Of a DNA stretch of 64,000 nt, positions 1-9,958 are shown piece after piece; the first letter of the stretch is position 1, and every line of letters begins with the position of its first letter. Made by a program: the position numbers and the translations under genes. The notes below the pieces were generated by a model. That model ran no database searches and was not told the origin of the DNA. It saw nothing but the letters and a program-made list of their open reading frames with translations. Source of the stretch: a virus; IMG/VR virus record IMGVR_UViG_3300012176_000002, positions 53,474-117,473 of that record; one strand, written 5' to 3'.

Positions 1-145
1 TACCTGAAGTAATCCCCAGGTATAATTGCAATTTTCGTTATTCATATTTTCCTCTCTTTCTCCCCGTTATTATATTAGATACATTATACTCTTTTTCTCT
101 TCTTAAAATCAACTCATATTGATCAATTCGGATAAAATTAACCTT

Positions 146-520
146 CTATAGATTATCCTTGCAGACTTTCCAAAAATTCAAATCTTCTTCGCTCCCAATA
201 ACAATTGAATTGCTTATTATCTTTGTTAAATTATTTTCTATCTCATCCCATAGTTCATCTACCATTGGGTTTTTAAAACCCCAATCTATTGATACCATAG
301 TTTTGCTATCACCGTTTTCTGGATCATACACCCTATATAGAAATTCATGTCCCCTTCCATTATTGAATTCAATCATTCCTTGGGCATATCCCTTTAAATC
401 ACCTCTCATATAGAATTTCAAGTTATATATTCTATACCTTTCAGTGTTAAGCATTTCATGGTTTATATACATACCCATAGAAACCTCCTTTTTAATTTTT
501 GCATAAAACTCTCCTTTCAT
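146..520 (-). CDS. hypothetical early protein (124 aa)
   Basis: ORF track; abuts the upstream gene at 521 in a co-directional small-gene array. Confidence 0.7.
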   Translation of the reverse strand: MKGEFYAKIKKEVSMGMYINHEMLNTERYRIYNLKFYMRGDLKGYAQGMIEFNNGRGHEFLYRVYDPENGDSKTMVSIDWGFKNPMVDELWDEIENNLTKIISNSIVIGSEEDLNFWKVCKDNL

Positions 521-1066
521 TCAAACTGTAAATTCCATTATTCTTTGACAACTATTGACGAAGTTAATTGATTCAATCTTTTTCTTGCTTATTTGTTCTA
601 ATAAAACTTTTTCAATCCCCATTTCAAGTGTTGTTTTGATTTCTGCCCATTTGCCTATAAGTCTAACAAAATCTATTTTAATTTCCTCATCTGTTTTATA
701 ATTATATATTTCTTCTTTTGTGAGGTTGCAGAAGTTATTCCATTTAAATTCAGAAGCAAACGATGGTTCGAAAAAGGTTACACAGCCTTTATTAAATTTT
801 ATTATAAGATGGTGGTGTTTTGTTCTTGAATCATTTCTGTCTATATCTTGATTAAGCCAATATAAATTAATTAATGGTAAGTCTATCTCAAAACATAAAT
901 CTTTTACTGTTTCAGCTATGACTGACATATATTTTTGAATCTCAACTACAGCCCTATATCTATCTTTGGCTCTTTCAACTTTTGTGTTATAATTTATTAT
1001 TTCACTTTCCAAATCTTCAATGACTTTCACCTTATTAACTAATTCTTGTAATCTTTCAATATCCAT
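521..1066 (-). CDS. hypothetical protein (181 aa)
   Basis: ORF with AAGGAG Shine-Dalgarno (SD) upstream. Confidence 0.8.
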   Translation of the reverse strand: MDIERLQELVNKVKVIEDLESEIINYNTKVERAKDRYRAVVEIQKYMSVIAETVKDLCFEIDLPLINLYWLNQDIDRNDSRTKHHHLIIKFNKGCVTFFEPSFASEFKWNNFCNLTKEEIYNYKTDEEIKIDFVRLIGKWAEIKTTLEMGIEKVLLEQISKKKIESINFVNSCQRIMEFTV

Positions 1067-1384
1067 TTTTCTATTCTCCTTTATAATTTTTAATAAAAAA
1101 CCTTCTATTCTGATTTATAGATCGACTCCAAAAATATCTTTTATCCAATCTTTGATGATTGTATCATATCCCAACAAGCCATTCCAATTACAGACATTGG
1201 ATTTTTACGTTTTCAATTCCTTTTTCAATGATAGTTTCCTGTAATGTTTTCATTGTTTACTCTTCCTCGAATACTTCTGTTATTTCTGCCGACGTCGCTT
1301 CTTCGTAAAGTGAATGTGCAGGAATTTTATCAAAACTTTCTCTTGCTTGTTTTTCTGTCTCAGCTTCAATTATAATGCCGCCTG

Positions 1385-1543
1385 TTATGTTGTCTTATAT
1401 CCCATTTTAGACAGTGCATCCTGCATCGGTTCAATATATTCTTCTTTTTCTGGTTTGCATACTCCAATATTCAAGAATACACAAAACTCGTCATACCACG
1501 GGTTATTTTCAAAATATTCTTTTCTTAGAAAAATATCTTCCAT
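1385..1543 (-). CDS. small hypothetical protein (52 aa, MEDIFLRKEY...)
   Basis: Read manually; AAGGAG SD; follows the stop of the 1545-1823 gene. Confidence 0.5.
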   Translation of the reverse strand: MEDIFLRKEYFENNPWYDEFCVFLNIGVCKPEKEEYIEPMQDALSKMGYKTT

Positions 1544-1544
1544 T

Positions 1545-1823
1545 TTAATTTTCCTCCTTCAAATTATGTATAAAACCTTCTTTTTTTTCTAAGTTATAAT
1601 GCTTAACAATATCTGTGGGTGAATCATCAAGTACATCACCATATACACATGTTTGTAATTCTTCTCCACAAGAGTCATACTCAATACAAGCAAGTAAAAT
1701 ATTTTCATCATCCCGTACTAAATCTATATATACTCCGGGAAAATCTTCCGCTGTATCCTTTTCGTGTTTTGCCCAAACTTTCAATTTACCAAGTGGCGTT
1801 TCAATTTCAAAGCATCTTGTCAT
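1545..1823 (-). CDS. hypothetical protein (92 aa)
   Basis: ORF with AAGGAG SD. Confidence 0.75.
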   Translation of the reverse strand: MTRCFEIETPLGKLKVWAKHEKDTAEDFPGVYIDLVRDDENILLACIEYDSCGEELQTCVYGDVLDDSPTDIVKHYNLEKKEGFIHNLKEEN

Positions 1824-1909
1824 ATTCCTGCATCTCCTTTGTTAATTTTATAAGTTTAAATAAAACCAGACTTTCATACCTTTAATTTATTGTTTTTTAG
1901 GCTCAATAA

Positions 1910-2206
1910 CTATCTTACTTCTTGTCTTTTTTGCTCAATAGAAGCCCATGCTTTTATAGCTTCTTCAAGACTGCCAAACAAGTCAATAACGCTAAATGAT
2001 TCACCTCCACGATATCTATAACTATCCGCTCCTTCATATTCTTGCAATACCCAAATAATTTTTTCCCGTTCCCCCTTTATACTAAACTCAAAATATGGAA
2101 ATATTCGGTTCTTGTTTGGCAACATAATAATATTTCCATCTACTGCAAAATTAGCGGACATTATTTCACCAAAATTCTGTTTATCCAATTCATACATTTT
2201 TTTCAT
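1910..2206 (-). CDS. hypothetical protein (98 aa)
   Basis: ORF with AGGAGG SD. Confidence 0.75.
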   Translation of the reverse strand: MKKMYELDKQNFGEIMSANFAVDGNIIMLPNKNRIFPYFEFSIKGEREKIIWVLQEYEGADSYRYRGGESFSVIDLFGSLEEAIKAWASIEQKRQEVR

Positions 2207-2223
2207 TCCCTCCTTTAAATTTG

Positions 2224-2508
2224 TTATAATATAGTAATACCGCCTACATATTCCCCATATCGTTTCGACCAGTCAATGGTTACAACCTTATCAATTCTTT
2301 CTGATCCATTTTCTAACCATTCAGAAATACTTTTTTCGCCGTGCCTATTTACCGCGCCCAATAAGTCAATATATCCTCTTCCTGTTCGGTATTTTAGTCC
2401 ACATTCATCCATTGCCTTTTCAACTTCTTTTGTAAGGAACCAAAACATATAACCAAGGGTAAATCTTTCAAAAATAAGCTTGTGTGCTAGTTTTTCTTGT
2501 GGCAGCAT
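2224..2508 (-). CDS. hypothetical protein (94 aa)
   Basis: ORF with GGAGG-like SD. Confidence 0.75.
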   Translation of the reverse strand: MLPQEKLAHKLIFERFTLGYMFWFLTKEVEKAMDECGLKYRTGRGYIDLLGAVNRHGEKSISEWLENGSERIDKVVTIDWSKRYGEYVGGITIL

Positions 2509-2584
2509 ATATTATTTCCCCCTTCTTCATAAAATCAACATTTTAATCAATCTTTTGACCTTTATTAATTTCCTCTTCTACCTT

Positions 2585-3067
2585 TTACAGAAAATTATGT
2601 ATCCACGTCGATTTATCTAATATATCAACAATTTTAGTATAGTATTTTTCACCTACAGGCGTTTTTGCATATTGCCTTGTATATGATCCCGTGATCATTT
2701 CAGATATACAAAACATTTCGATCCCCTGAATTGTAGTCCAGCATTTAGGCGGTAACACGTCCAGCATTTCGCAGAACTTTTCTTCCGTTATTTCTTGTAT
2801 GGGGCGATTGATATAATAATCCCGTTCAGCTTTTTGGTATTCCTCGAAGGTCATAATTTTATACTCTTTTCCCTCCGCTTGATTTAAATATTCAAAGAAT
2901 ATTGTTCCTTTATGGGGATACTTTTTACAATGATTCCCCCATGTTTCGATTTCTTTTTGTTTAGAATTATTAGCCCGTTCTAACAGTTCCGCTTCTGTTT
3001 CTCCCTCTTTCAAAAAATCATATACCAGCATATGTGTGATATCGACCGCTAAAATATTCTTGTTCAT
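2585..3067 (-). CDS. hypothetical protein, possible DUF1419-like C-terminal domain
   Basis: Start moved to MNKNIL after a GAGGAG SD; EITEEKFCEMLDVLPP motif. Confidence 0.65.
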   Translation of the reverse strand: MNKNILAVDITHMLVYDFLKEGETEAELLERANNSKQKEIETWGNHCKKYPHKGTIFFEYLNQAEGKEYKIMTFEEYQKAERDYYINRPIQEITEEKFCEMLDVLPPKCWTTIQGIEMFCISEMITGSYTRQYAKTPVGEKYYTKIVDILDKSTWIHNFL

Positions 3068-3111
3068 ATATTTTTGCTCCTCTCTTCTATTGTTGATTTT
3101 TACGCCCCTCT

Positions 3112-4113
3112 TCATAATACTACAAATATTTGCTCTGCTAATTTAGCATTAAATCTTACAATTCCCCCATCATAATTACTCAAATGATGATCTTTTGCTT
3201 CATAAGCAATATATTCTTCAAGTCCATCCATAGTATCTATATCTAAAACATAAAGCTTATTATTACAATCAATACAAAAATCTTCATAATCATTTAACTC
3301 TCCATTTTTATCTGTGACATATCCCATTTCATCCGTTACTAGCATAAGTTCCCTATAGCCACCTTCTAATTCATTGGGATCATACAAAAAATCTTCCAAT
3401 AACCCATATTTTTCATAGCAGGGCAACTTTAACGGCTTGTATTCCCTCTCTATATACTCAAACTGTGGACTTTCCGTTTTTATAAGTTTACTAATGCGGT
3501 AAATATTGTTCTCAACCTCAAGGAGATTCACATATTCGTGTTGAGTATGTGCATTATAGTAACCACTTGAAATATTTACGGCTGCAATTCCAAGAAAAGG
3601 AGCAATTTCTGAGATATCGCTAAAAGATCCCTCTGCCTTAATAAATCCTGCCTCCAATACAAAATCAGTGAAGTCTCTGTTATCACAGTCATAAAATACC
3701 GCATCATTTAACCCCTTACGATCCATTTCAATAATGTAGTTTATTCCCTTCGGGGCAATTCCGGACGTTGTGAATTTCCCTGCTCCAATGGCTCCCATCT
3801 CTTCATCTTCACAAAAGAGAATTGAACACTTAAATTCCTTAATGATCTCAAGAATCATATATACCCCGCAACGGTCATCCCCGCCTATACCTTGCGGAGA
3901 CATCATTATATTGCCATCTCTAGAATAACAAATCTGTTTTACCGGCTCATGATGAACGGTATCGAGATGAGCAACCAGCATAACGGGGTGTGTTCCTTGC
4001 GCAAAAATAAAACCGTCTTGTTTTACAGGGCGATACCCTGCCGACTTTAATACGCCATAAAGCGCCTGTTTCAATTCTTTTTGTGTGGACATAAAAATCT
4101 TTTCAATATTCAT
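3112..4113 (-). CDS. M20/M28-family zinc metallopeptidase
   Basis: Metal-binding motifs VAHLDTVH, GGDDRCG, EDEE, YYNAHT. Confidence 0.8.
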   Translation of the reverse strand: MNIEKIFMSTQKELKQALYGVLKSAGYRPVKQDGFIFAQGTHPVMLVAHLDTVHHEPVKQICYSRDGNIMMSPQGIGGDDRCGVYMILEIIKEFKCSILFCEDEEMGAIGAGKFTTSGIAPKGINYIIEMDRKGLNDAVFYDCDNRDFTDFVLEAGFIKAEGSFSDISEIAPFLGIAAVNISSGYYNAHTQHEYVNLLEVENNIYRISKLIKTESPQFEYIEREYKPLKLPCYEKYGLLEDFLYDPNELEGGYRELMLVTDEMGYVTDKNGELNDYEDFCIDCNNKLYVLDIDTMDGLEEYIAYEAKDHHLSNYDGGIVRFNAKLAEQIFVVL

Positions 4114-5678
4114 TATGCTACCTCCATATTTTGATTTTCTATTTCAGAGTAACAGTCGTTACAAAGTTCTTTACCCTCGTATTCGTGGCGCTCCCTGTTC
4201 CTATGCACATTTTCGCATTCTTCACACATAAAATAATCATCCGAATAACAGTCTTCACATATATACCTGTTTTCCCCTTCAATGTAAGCACAGTTTTCGG
4301 CGTAGTAATATTCTCCGCAACCCTCGCAATAAACATAATTCTCAATACAATCACCGCACACATATTTTACACCATTGCTAATACTATAGGATTCATCTTC
4401 TTCGATCCATGTGCCGCAATCATCACATTGTGTATAGTGATTTTCTAAACAATCGTCACATACATAATAGTAGCCTCCAACGTCCGTTACATTTAAAACA
4501 TGTTCTCCGCATCGTTCGCAGTAACTCACACAATCACGGCAATAATATTCCCCGTCTATGATATATGCATCTTCCTCATAGATGGCTTCACCACATTCAT
4601 TACAACAAACAGTGCTATTACCGCAATCATCGCAATATAAATCATTCTCCTCGTCAATTTCTTCCCCACACGTCAGACAATAACATGTTGAACCAATAAT
4701 CATTTGGTCTTTTAATTGAAAATCTTTTTGCAATGAGATATTTGCCTTATACTCTGAATAGATATAATCAGCATAATGCTTCGCAGCATAATGATTCATA
4801 CAATAATCATTTAAACTTTCAGAGTTCTTTTTTATCCACAAATTAGGGATATTATCACATACTGAAAAAATCCGTTGTACTATTTCCCTATATTGCGTTT
4901 TCTTATCTTCATCATTATTAGGATATAGACGGCTTTGCATCAACATAGTGTCCGAATAACAAAACACATTTCTTGTTATTTTTCGTTGATTATAATATTC
5001 GTTTCCACTATAATCATTGTTGATCGTGTAAAAAATTAAACTAACCTCATCGCCCATATATGAAAGTGTTCCTGCCATGTAACAACCATCATCGATATTA
5101 TGACAAGATTTCCAGCCGGTACCGTATGACATATGTAAATAATCGCATGGATGAACTGACAAAACACTTGTCCGCTTAATAACCAACGGATTAAAAGCGT
5201 CAGCCACTTTAGCATATAGCTTGTTATATTCTGGGAGCTTATCCAGTCCTGCCTTTTTGAAAAGGGAATTTAATAGACGGGATACTTTTTGCCCTTCATT
5301 TGTTTTTAATTTTTCTTGTTGCAAGATTTCCTTCATGTCCGTATCAATAAATTGGCTTGTGTAACACCGTAAGATTTCTATACTTCTTTGGATATCATCA
5401 GGAATTACAATATTATTATTTTCTGCATAATTTAGCATATCCTTTATTACATTACGGGCTTCTTTTGGTTCAATATCTCTGATTTCATCAGTGGTCATAA
5501 TTACCGCAAAAGCTTCTTCATTCCAGTTCGGGTGTTTCCTCATTTTTTCGATGAGGGGTTTTTTACTATCAAACCAGCGGTCTATGAGTGAGGAGATTTC
5601 TGTATACTCATATTCTTTTCCGTGTTTGTCCAATACTTCAGTGATAGCATCCTGCAATATCATTTTTGTTTGTTCCAT
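4113..5678 (-). CDS. large protein with C-terminal tandem CxxC zinc-finger repeats
   Basis: Repeated CxxC-x(15-20)-CxxC units over the last ~180 aa; stop overlaps the peptidase start. Confidence 0.8.
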   Translation of the reverse strand: MEQTKMILQDAITEVLDKHGKEYEYTEISSLIDRWFDSKKPLIEKMRKHPNWNEEAFAVIMTTDEIRDIEPKEARNVIKDMLNYAENNNIVIPDDIQRSIEILRCYTSQFIDTDMKEILQQEKLKTNEGQKVSRLLNSLFKKAGLDKLPEYNKLYAKVADAFNPLVIKRTSVLSVHPCDYLHMSYGTGWKSCHNIDDGCYMAGTLSYMGDEVSLIFYTINNDYSGNEYYNQRKITRNVFCYSDTMLMQSRLYPNNDEDKKTQYREIVQRIFSVCDNIPNLWIKKNSESLNDYCMNHYAAKHYADYIYSEYKANISLQKDFQLKDQMIIGSTCYCLTCGEEIDEENDLYCDDCGNSTVCCNECGEAIYEEDAYIIDGEYYCRDCVSYCERCGEHVLNVTDVGGYYYVCDDCLENHYTQCDDCGTWIEEDESYSISNGVKYVCGDCIENYVYCEGCGEYYYAENCAYIEGENRYICEDCYSDDYFMCEECENVHRNRERHEYEGKELCNDCYSEIENQNMEVA

Positions 5679-5753
5679 ATGTCAACCTTTCCTTTCTTTC
5701 CATTTAAAAAAGAAATCCCTGCGGATTTCTAACCTCTATTTAGTAAGTTAACT

Positions 5754-5906
5754 CTACTCATTATTATCTGTACACATTTCTCTAATTGCACAACTACTAC
5801 AAAAGTCATCTATATGCTCACAGCACTCACAACCACAATAGTCTGATTCATTATAGTATTCACACATTCCACCAACATCATGAATACATTCAAACATTTT
5901 GCACAT
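5754..5906 (-). CDS. Cys-rich microprotein (50 aa, 10 Cys)
   Basis: Read manually: MCKMFECIHDVGGMCEYYNESDYCGCECCEHIDDFCSSCAIREMCTDNNE; GGAGG SD. Confidence 0.65.
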   Translation of the reverse strand: MCKMFECIHDVGGMCEYYNESDYCGCECCEHIDDFCSSCAIREMCTDNNE

Positions 5907-5960
5907 AGCATTGCCTCCTTATATTATTTTTGCATTAAACCCATGATAGGTTTTCCTTCT

Positions 5961-6155
5961 TCAATTTATAGTATCTATAAAGTATCCGCTACCATCAGCA
6001 AACGTTAACAAAATACCCGTGTCTGTCATATCTGCCTTAATAATATCCTCTGCGTTTATGTAGTTTTCTGGCATGACATCCCCTTTTCTAAATACAGAAA
6101 ATGTTGCAATTGCAAGTGTTATTGCTAATAAGATACATGTTACCGTCTTTTTCAT
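5961..6155 (-). CDS. small protein with N-terminal hydrophobic segment
   Basis: ORF track; MKKTVTCILLAITLAIATFSVF. Confidence 0.7.
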   Translation of the reverse strand: MKKTVTCILLAITLAIATFSVFRKGDVMPENYINAEDIIKADMTDTGILLTFADGSGYFIDTIN

Positions 6156-6487
6156 TACGCCACCTCCTTAATAAAAGTGATTATTAGTTCATTTAAAAGT
6201 TCTTTTTCTTTTTCCCATGAGATAGTAAAGTTATTACGTATTTTATTAGCTTCTTCCTCATATTTTTGGCATATATCATATGAAGGGGAAATGTTTCCAA
6301 AAGGCCTATAGCCTGTAATAATCGCTATGTCTCCAATCTCATATATATCTGCGTTCCAACCATAAACCCCACAAGTATAGGATACTGGGTTAATATAGTT
6401 TAATAACGATTGTAGATTGCAATATCCTACGCTTATTCTTGTAACATAGCCATTATTAACGACACTTCTAGTTGTTTTATATTTCAT
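6155..6487 (-). CDS. hypothetical protein
   Basis: Start moved to the ATG after GGAGG. Confidence 0.75.
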   Translation of the reverse strand: MKYKTTRSVVNNGYVTRISVGYCNLQSLLNYINPVSYTCGVYGWNADIYEIGDIAIITGYRPFGNISPSYDICQKYEEEANKIRNNFTISWEKEKELLNELIITFIKEVA

Positions 6488-6580
6488 ATTATTTTCCTCC
6501 AATTATTCTTATACCTATTAGGTATTGAAATAAAAAAAGAAGCTTTTCAGCTTCCTCATTGAATTGTTCATTCTATTCAG

Positions 6581-6826
6581 TTACAACCACTTGATTTTAT
6601 GACGATCAAGAAAACCGATAATGTCTTCTTCACCTTCAAATCCAGTCTCATAGTCCATAATAAGAGATTTGAAAACTTCGTCAACATCCGATACAAGGTA
6701 TATATCGCCGTTTGCCTCCTTGCAAAATTCATTGTATTCCTCGTAACTATCTGTAAAGAATCCTTTAATTTCTTCCCATAAGTTGCGTACTTTTTTAACT
6801 GCATCTTCATAATTTCTATTTCCCAT
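6581..6826 (-). CDS. hypothetical acidic protein (81 aa)
   Basis: ORF with AAGGAG SD. Confidence 0.7.
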   Translation of the reverse strand: MGNRNYEDAVKKVRNLWEEIKGFFTDSYEEYNEFCKEANGDIYLVSDVDEVFKSLIMDYETGFEGEEDIIGFLDRHKIKWL

Positions 6827-6853
6827 TTTTATATTCTCCTTTCAAATGTTTGA

Positions 6854-7183
6854 TTACCAGTTACAAATACACTTTGTGCACTTACTAGTTTCGGCGTGTG
6901 TCTTTGCGTTTTTCAAATTCTCATGTAAACTGTAATGTTCATTACAAGGAGTTTGAAAGATTTCAAAATGTCCGCATGTGAGGCGGGTAATATAGATCAT
7001 ATTATACGCAAATTCAAGTGTAAACCCCGTTTCCTTGCGTTCATCATACCGCTGGACTATTTTCATGATGTATTCCAGTTCTTCGGCGCATGTCGCTGTC
7101 TGAATCAATTTGTCAATATCCGGGACATATTTCCCGTTTTCGTTTTTCTGGTTGTCACTCATTATTTGATAGTTGATTTTCAT
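6854..7183 (-). CDS. hypothetical protein
   Basis: Start moved to MKINY after a GAGG SD. Confidence 0.65.
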   Translation of the reverse strand: MKINYQIMSDNQKNENGKYVPDIDKLIQTATCAEELEYIMKIVQRYDERKETGFTLEFAYNMIYITRLTCGHFEIFQTPCNEHYSLHENLKNAKTHAETSKCTKCICNW

Positions 7184-7231
7184 AGAATCCTCTCTTTCTT
7201 CCACGGACAACGCCGGGGTCGGGTGAATAGG

Positions 7232-7423
7232 TCACATCGTGTAATATTCTTTTCCAATCGATTTTGACATTATCCTACCAAATTTTTGAATATAACTAAA
7301 TATTATTTCTTCTTCTTTTGTTAAGTTTTCGGTGTTTTCAGTTGCTCCAATGATATAGTAAGCCCCTGCTAAACCGTCTAATAATAATTCTTTTGCAATT
7401 TCTTTTAATTTTGTTCTTTTCAT
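7232..7423 (-). CDS. hypothetical protein (63 aa)
   Basis: ORF track; sequence resembles the neighbouring 7460-7678 protein. Confidence 0.65.
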   Translation of the reverse strand: MKRTKLKEIAKELLLDGLAGAYYIIGATENTENLTKEEEIIFSYIQKFGRIMSKSIGKEYYTM

Positions 7424-7459
7424 TATTTTCCTTCTCTTTCTGCCCCCTCTGGGACGGGT

Positions 7460-7678
7460 TTAAGAAAACCACATTCCGTCATATCCAAACATCTTGCCTA
7501 TTCTGTCCCCTTGTTGTTTAATGTGTTTCATAATAATATCAAATTCCTCTTTTGGAATATCCTCCATTGAGTATCCAATTTTTGATATTTCAGACATTAA
7601 TAAATCTTGTGCATGTTTTTTTCTTTCAGTTATTGTCATGTCTATAATTGTTTTATCTTTGCAGTTTTTAAATGCCAT
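7460..7678 (-). CDS. hypothetical protein
   Basis: Start after GGAGG SD. Confidence 0.65.
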   Translation of the reverse strand: MAFKNCKDKTIIDMTITERKKHAQDLLMSEISKIGYSMEDIPKEEFDIIMKHIKQQGDRIGKMFGYDGMWFS

Positions 7679-7679
7679 T

Positions 7680-8261
7680 CTACATTCCTCCATCTTCTTC
7701 TACCATGCTATACATAAGCATCGCCCCTAAGAAACGTTCAAAATCATCATGATTCATATTTTTGAATTCATCGAATGAAAGAGCGTTAACACCTTTCATT
7801 TCAATGTATGTTTCCCCATCCTGCCACATTTGAGATAGGGAAACAACCACACTGTTATTCCCCTGTTCGTAAATGACTGTAAAATTTGTATCATCGTTTA
7901 TCGTTATTTCATCGGTTGAATGGTAGCCGTTCAGATAGTCAAGTTTCATTTCTGCTATAGAATAGGGGTTTGTATCTTCATTTTCCCGTTCTTCCATATA
8001 ACCAACTCTTTCCGCTTCTTCGGTCTTCCCTTCTTGTGTGAGAATTTCCCCTAAACGATGCAAAGCGTCCGGGTTGTCAATATAACCGTTCCTTGCGTCC
8101 GTGTATAGGTCTTCGGATGTTCCGTCAAGGTCTAATTCGGGTTCATAATAGTGGCGTTCGTTAAATCTAGCGCTTGCCATTTCCAATTTTTCCGCTATAA
8201 CAATATAATCTTCGTCGCTAACTTCGTATCCAACGATTCTTTCATACTCATTTTTCATCAT
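7680..8261 (-). CDS. hypothetical acidic protein (193 aa)
   Basis: ORF with GAGGAG SD. Confidence 0.75.
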   Translation of the reverse strand: MMKNEYERIVGYEVSDEDYIVIAEKLEMASARFNERHYYEPELDLDGTSEDLYTDARNGYIDNPDALHRLGEILTQEGKTEEAERVGYMEERENEDTNPYSIAEMKLDYLNGYHSTDEITINDDTNFTVIYEQGNNSVVVSLSQMWQDGETYIEMKGVNALSFDEFKNMNHDDFERFLGAMLMYSMVEEDGGM

Positions 8262-8345
8262 AATTTTTTTCTCCTCTTTTTCGAATAGAAATAGGCTTAT
8301 AACCGATGAAAGCTATAAGCCCTAATTTTGTGTTATGAAACTTTT

Positions 8346-8804
8346 TTAATACTCAGTATATGGGTCTACTTCGGGAAGATCTTCGAATGTAATTTCTTCC
8401 TCATCTTCATATGGAGAATTTTCTGTCCAGTCAACCAAACGAAAACTTTCAATCAGTCCGTTCTCATTACGAGTAACAAAGATTTTTACAAGCCCTTTTT
8501 CTTTTTCCCAAAATGAATAACCGCAAGAATCGCTTTGAAGAATTACACTACATTCAGCTTGTTTGAACCACTCTTTTCGGTTCAGTTCTGTATAAGGGGA
8601 AATGAAGCGTTGTTCTCCTTGATTGTTTACGAGGATCGCTCTGGAATCTTCATCACAAAAAAAAGTTCCATTTTCGTCAATGTCTACCACGCCCCAACCG
8701 TGTGCGGTCGCTTGTCGGTATGCCTCTGACTTATTATTGATCCGAATAACATCGATAGCCGCTATATCTGTTACTATGTATCTTACTTCATTTTGTTTTC
8801 TCAT
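8346..8804 (-). CDS. hypothetical protein, first gene of the leftward block
   Basis: ORF with AAGGAGG SD. Confidence 0.75.
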   Translation of the reverse strand: MRKQNEVRYIVTDIAAIDVIRINNKSEAYRQATAHGWGVVDIDENGTFFCDEDSRAILVNNQGEQRFISPYTELNRKEWFKQAECSVILQSDSCGYSFWEKEKGLVKIFVTRNENGLIESFRLVDWTENSPYEDEEEITFEDLPEVDPYTEY

Positions 8805-9670
8805 TTTTTTCGTTCCTCCTTATATTTTATTACTTACGGATGTAAACGAATGCCCGTAATATTTTATAACAATCGTTTACATCGATAAATAATAAAAAGC
8901 ATTGCCGTTTGGCAATACCTGAATTTTCGTGATTGATTTTCTCAACTCCGAATGCGTTTCGTCGTTTTCCGTGTCCAGAAAACGCTATTTTGCACTGTGC
9001 TGGCGTCTATGTTTTGTAGTTCCTATGTATTTGTATACCGCTTTTTATCTTCCTCCGGTTCGGTCTTATAGCGGTTTTTTAAGAACGTATTTCTCAGCTC
9101 TTTTTCCGTGGTTTGTATTTTGCTATGTTTGTATGGCCTTTCATGATCGTTTTCGCTTGTATCCACCTCTATACAAGTTAATTGTCGTGTCAGAGATCCC
9201 CATACAATAGGTAAATACCTCTCACTCCCGTTACGGCTTCCAAACCCCACAGGCCACGGTTTCAGACTCAGATACCGCAAAACTCTCACTATTTCTAGTA
9301 CATATGTTATTGTTCTGGGTTACGATGGTATTCGTTGCCACGTCTGATAGAGTATAACTACTCTGTCCCGGATGTGGTCAGGGTGCCCAGTTGACACTGT
9401 GAAGTCTAATGCGCTTCACCTGCATGCGGTTGGTCTGATTTTGGTTAGTTTTCTGAATACCTCCGCTTATCCTCTTTTGGGGATCATGTGGACTCTCTGG
9501 ACACTCCATCACAGATACTTTTAACGGGTTGTGGTTTGTTGGGAACAAATGTTCTGACTTGAACATTTTGGGAAAATGCCTTAGAATGGAATTGTGATTT
9601 GGGGCATTTTCTTTTGTTCCGCTTGGGGGTAGTGCTGGTAACACTGCCCTCTTTGATTTAGGAAAAGGTT

Positions 9671-9868
9671 ATTCCCGACGCCATTAAAGAAACGACGCAA
9701 CGTCAACTTGCAATAGACACGGGGTGCAGGGAAGCTACTATTAACGCACTTGCTAACAACCGGATCAAGCAAGTACCTATTGATATGCTTGATAAACTAT
9801 GCAAGTATTTTGATTGCCAACCGTCTGATATTTTGGTATATGAACCAGACAGAGGGAAAAGTATGTAA
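9671..9868 (+). CDS. Cro/C1-type HTH protein (near-cognate start or 5'-truncated)
   Basis: Read manually: ...TQRQLAIDTGCREATINALANNRIKQVPIDMLDKLCKYFDCQPSDILVYE; in-frame TAG at 9659; only an ATT start is available. Confidence 0.6.
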   Translation: MPDAIKETTQRQLAIDTGCREATINALANNRIKQVPIDMLDKLCKYFDCQPSDILVYEPDRGKSM

Positions 9869-9906
9869 TTGACAAGGTTCATTGTATCAATTAAAAAAGT
9901 GTAGAA

Positions 9907-9934
9907 CCTTGACAACTTTATAGGCTCTACACTC
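9907..9934. repeat. left arm of 28-bp inverted repeat
   Basis: CCTTGACAACTTTATAGGCTCTACACTC, 26/28 identical to the reverse complement of 10422-10449. Confidence 0.85.
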
Positions 9935-9958
9935 GTATGTATGATTTATGTATTTTGG

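Noticed and set aside
9023-9915. ORF-track calls 9023-9289, 9378-9644, 9581-9772 and 9703-9915
   Set aside because: No convincing SD, atypical composition, and they overlap hairpins or the Cro-like frame on the other strand
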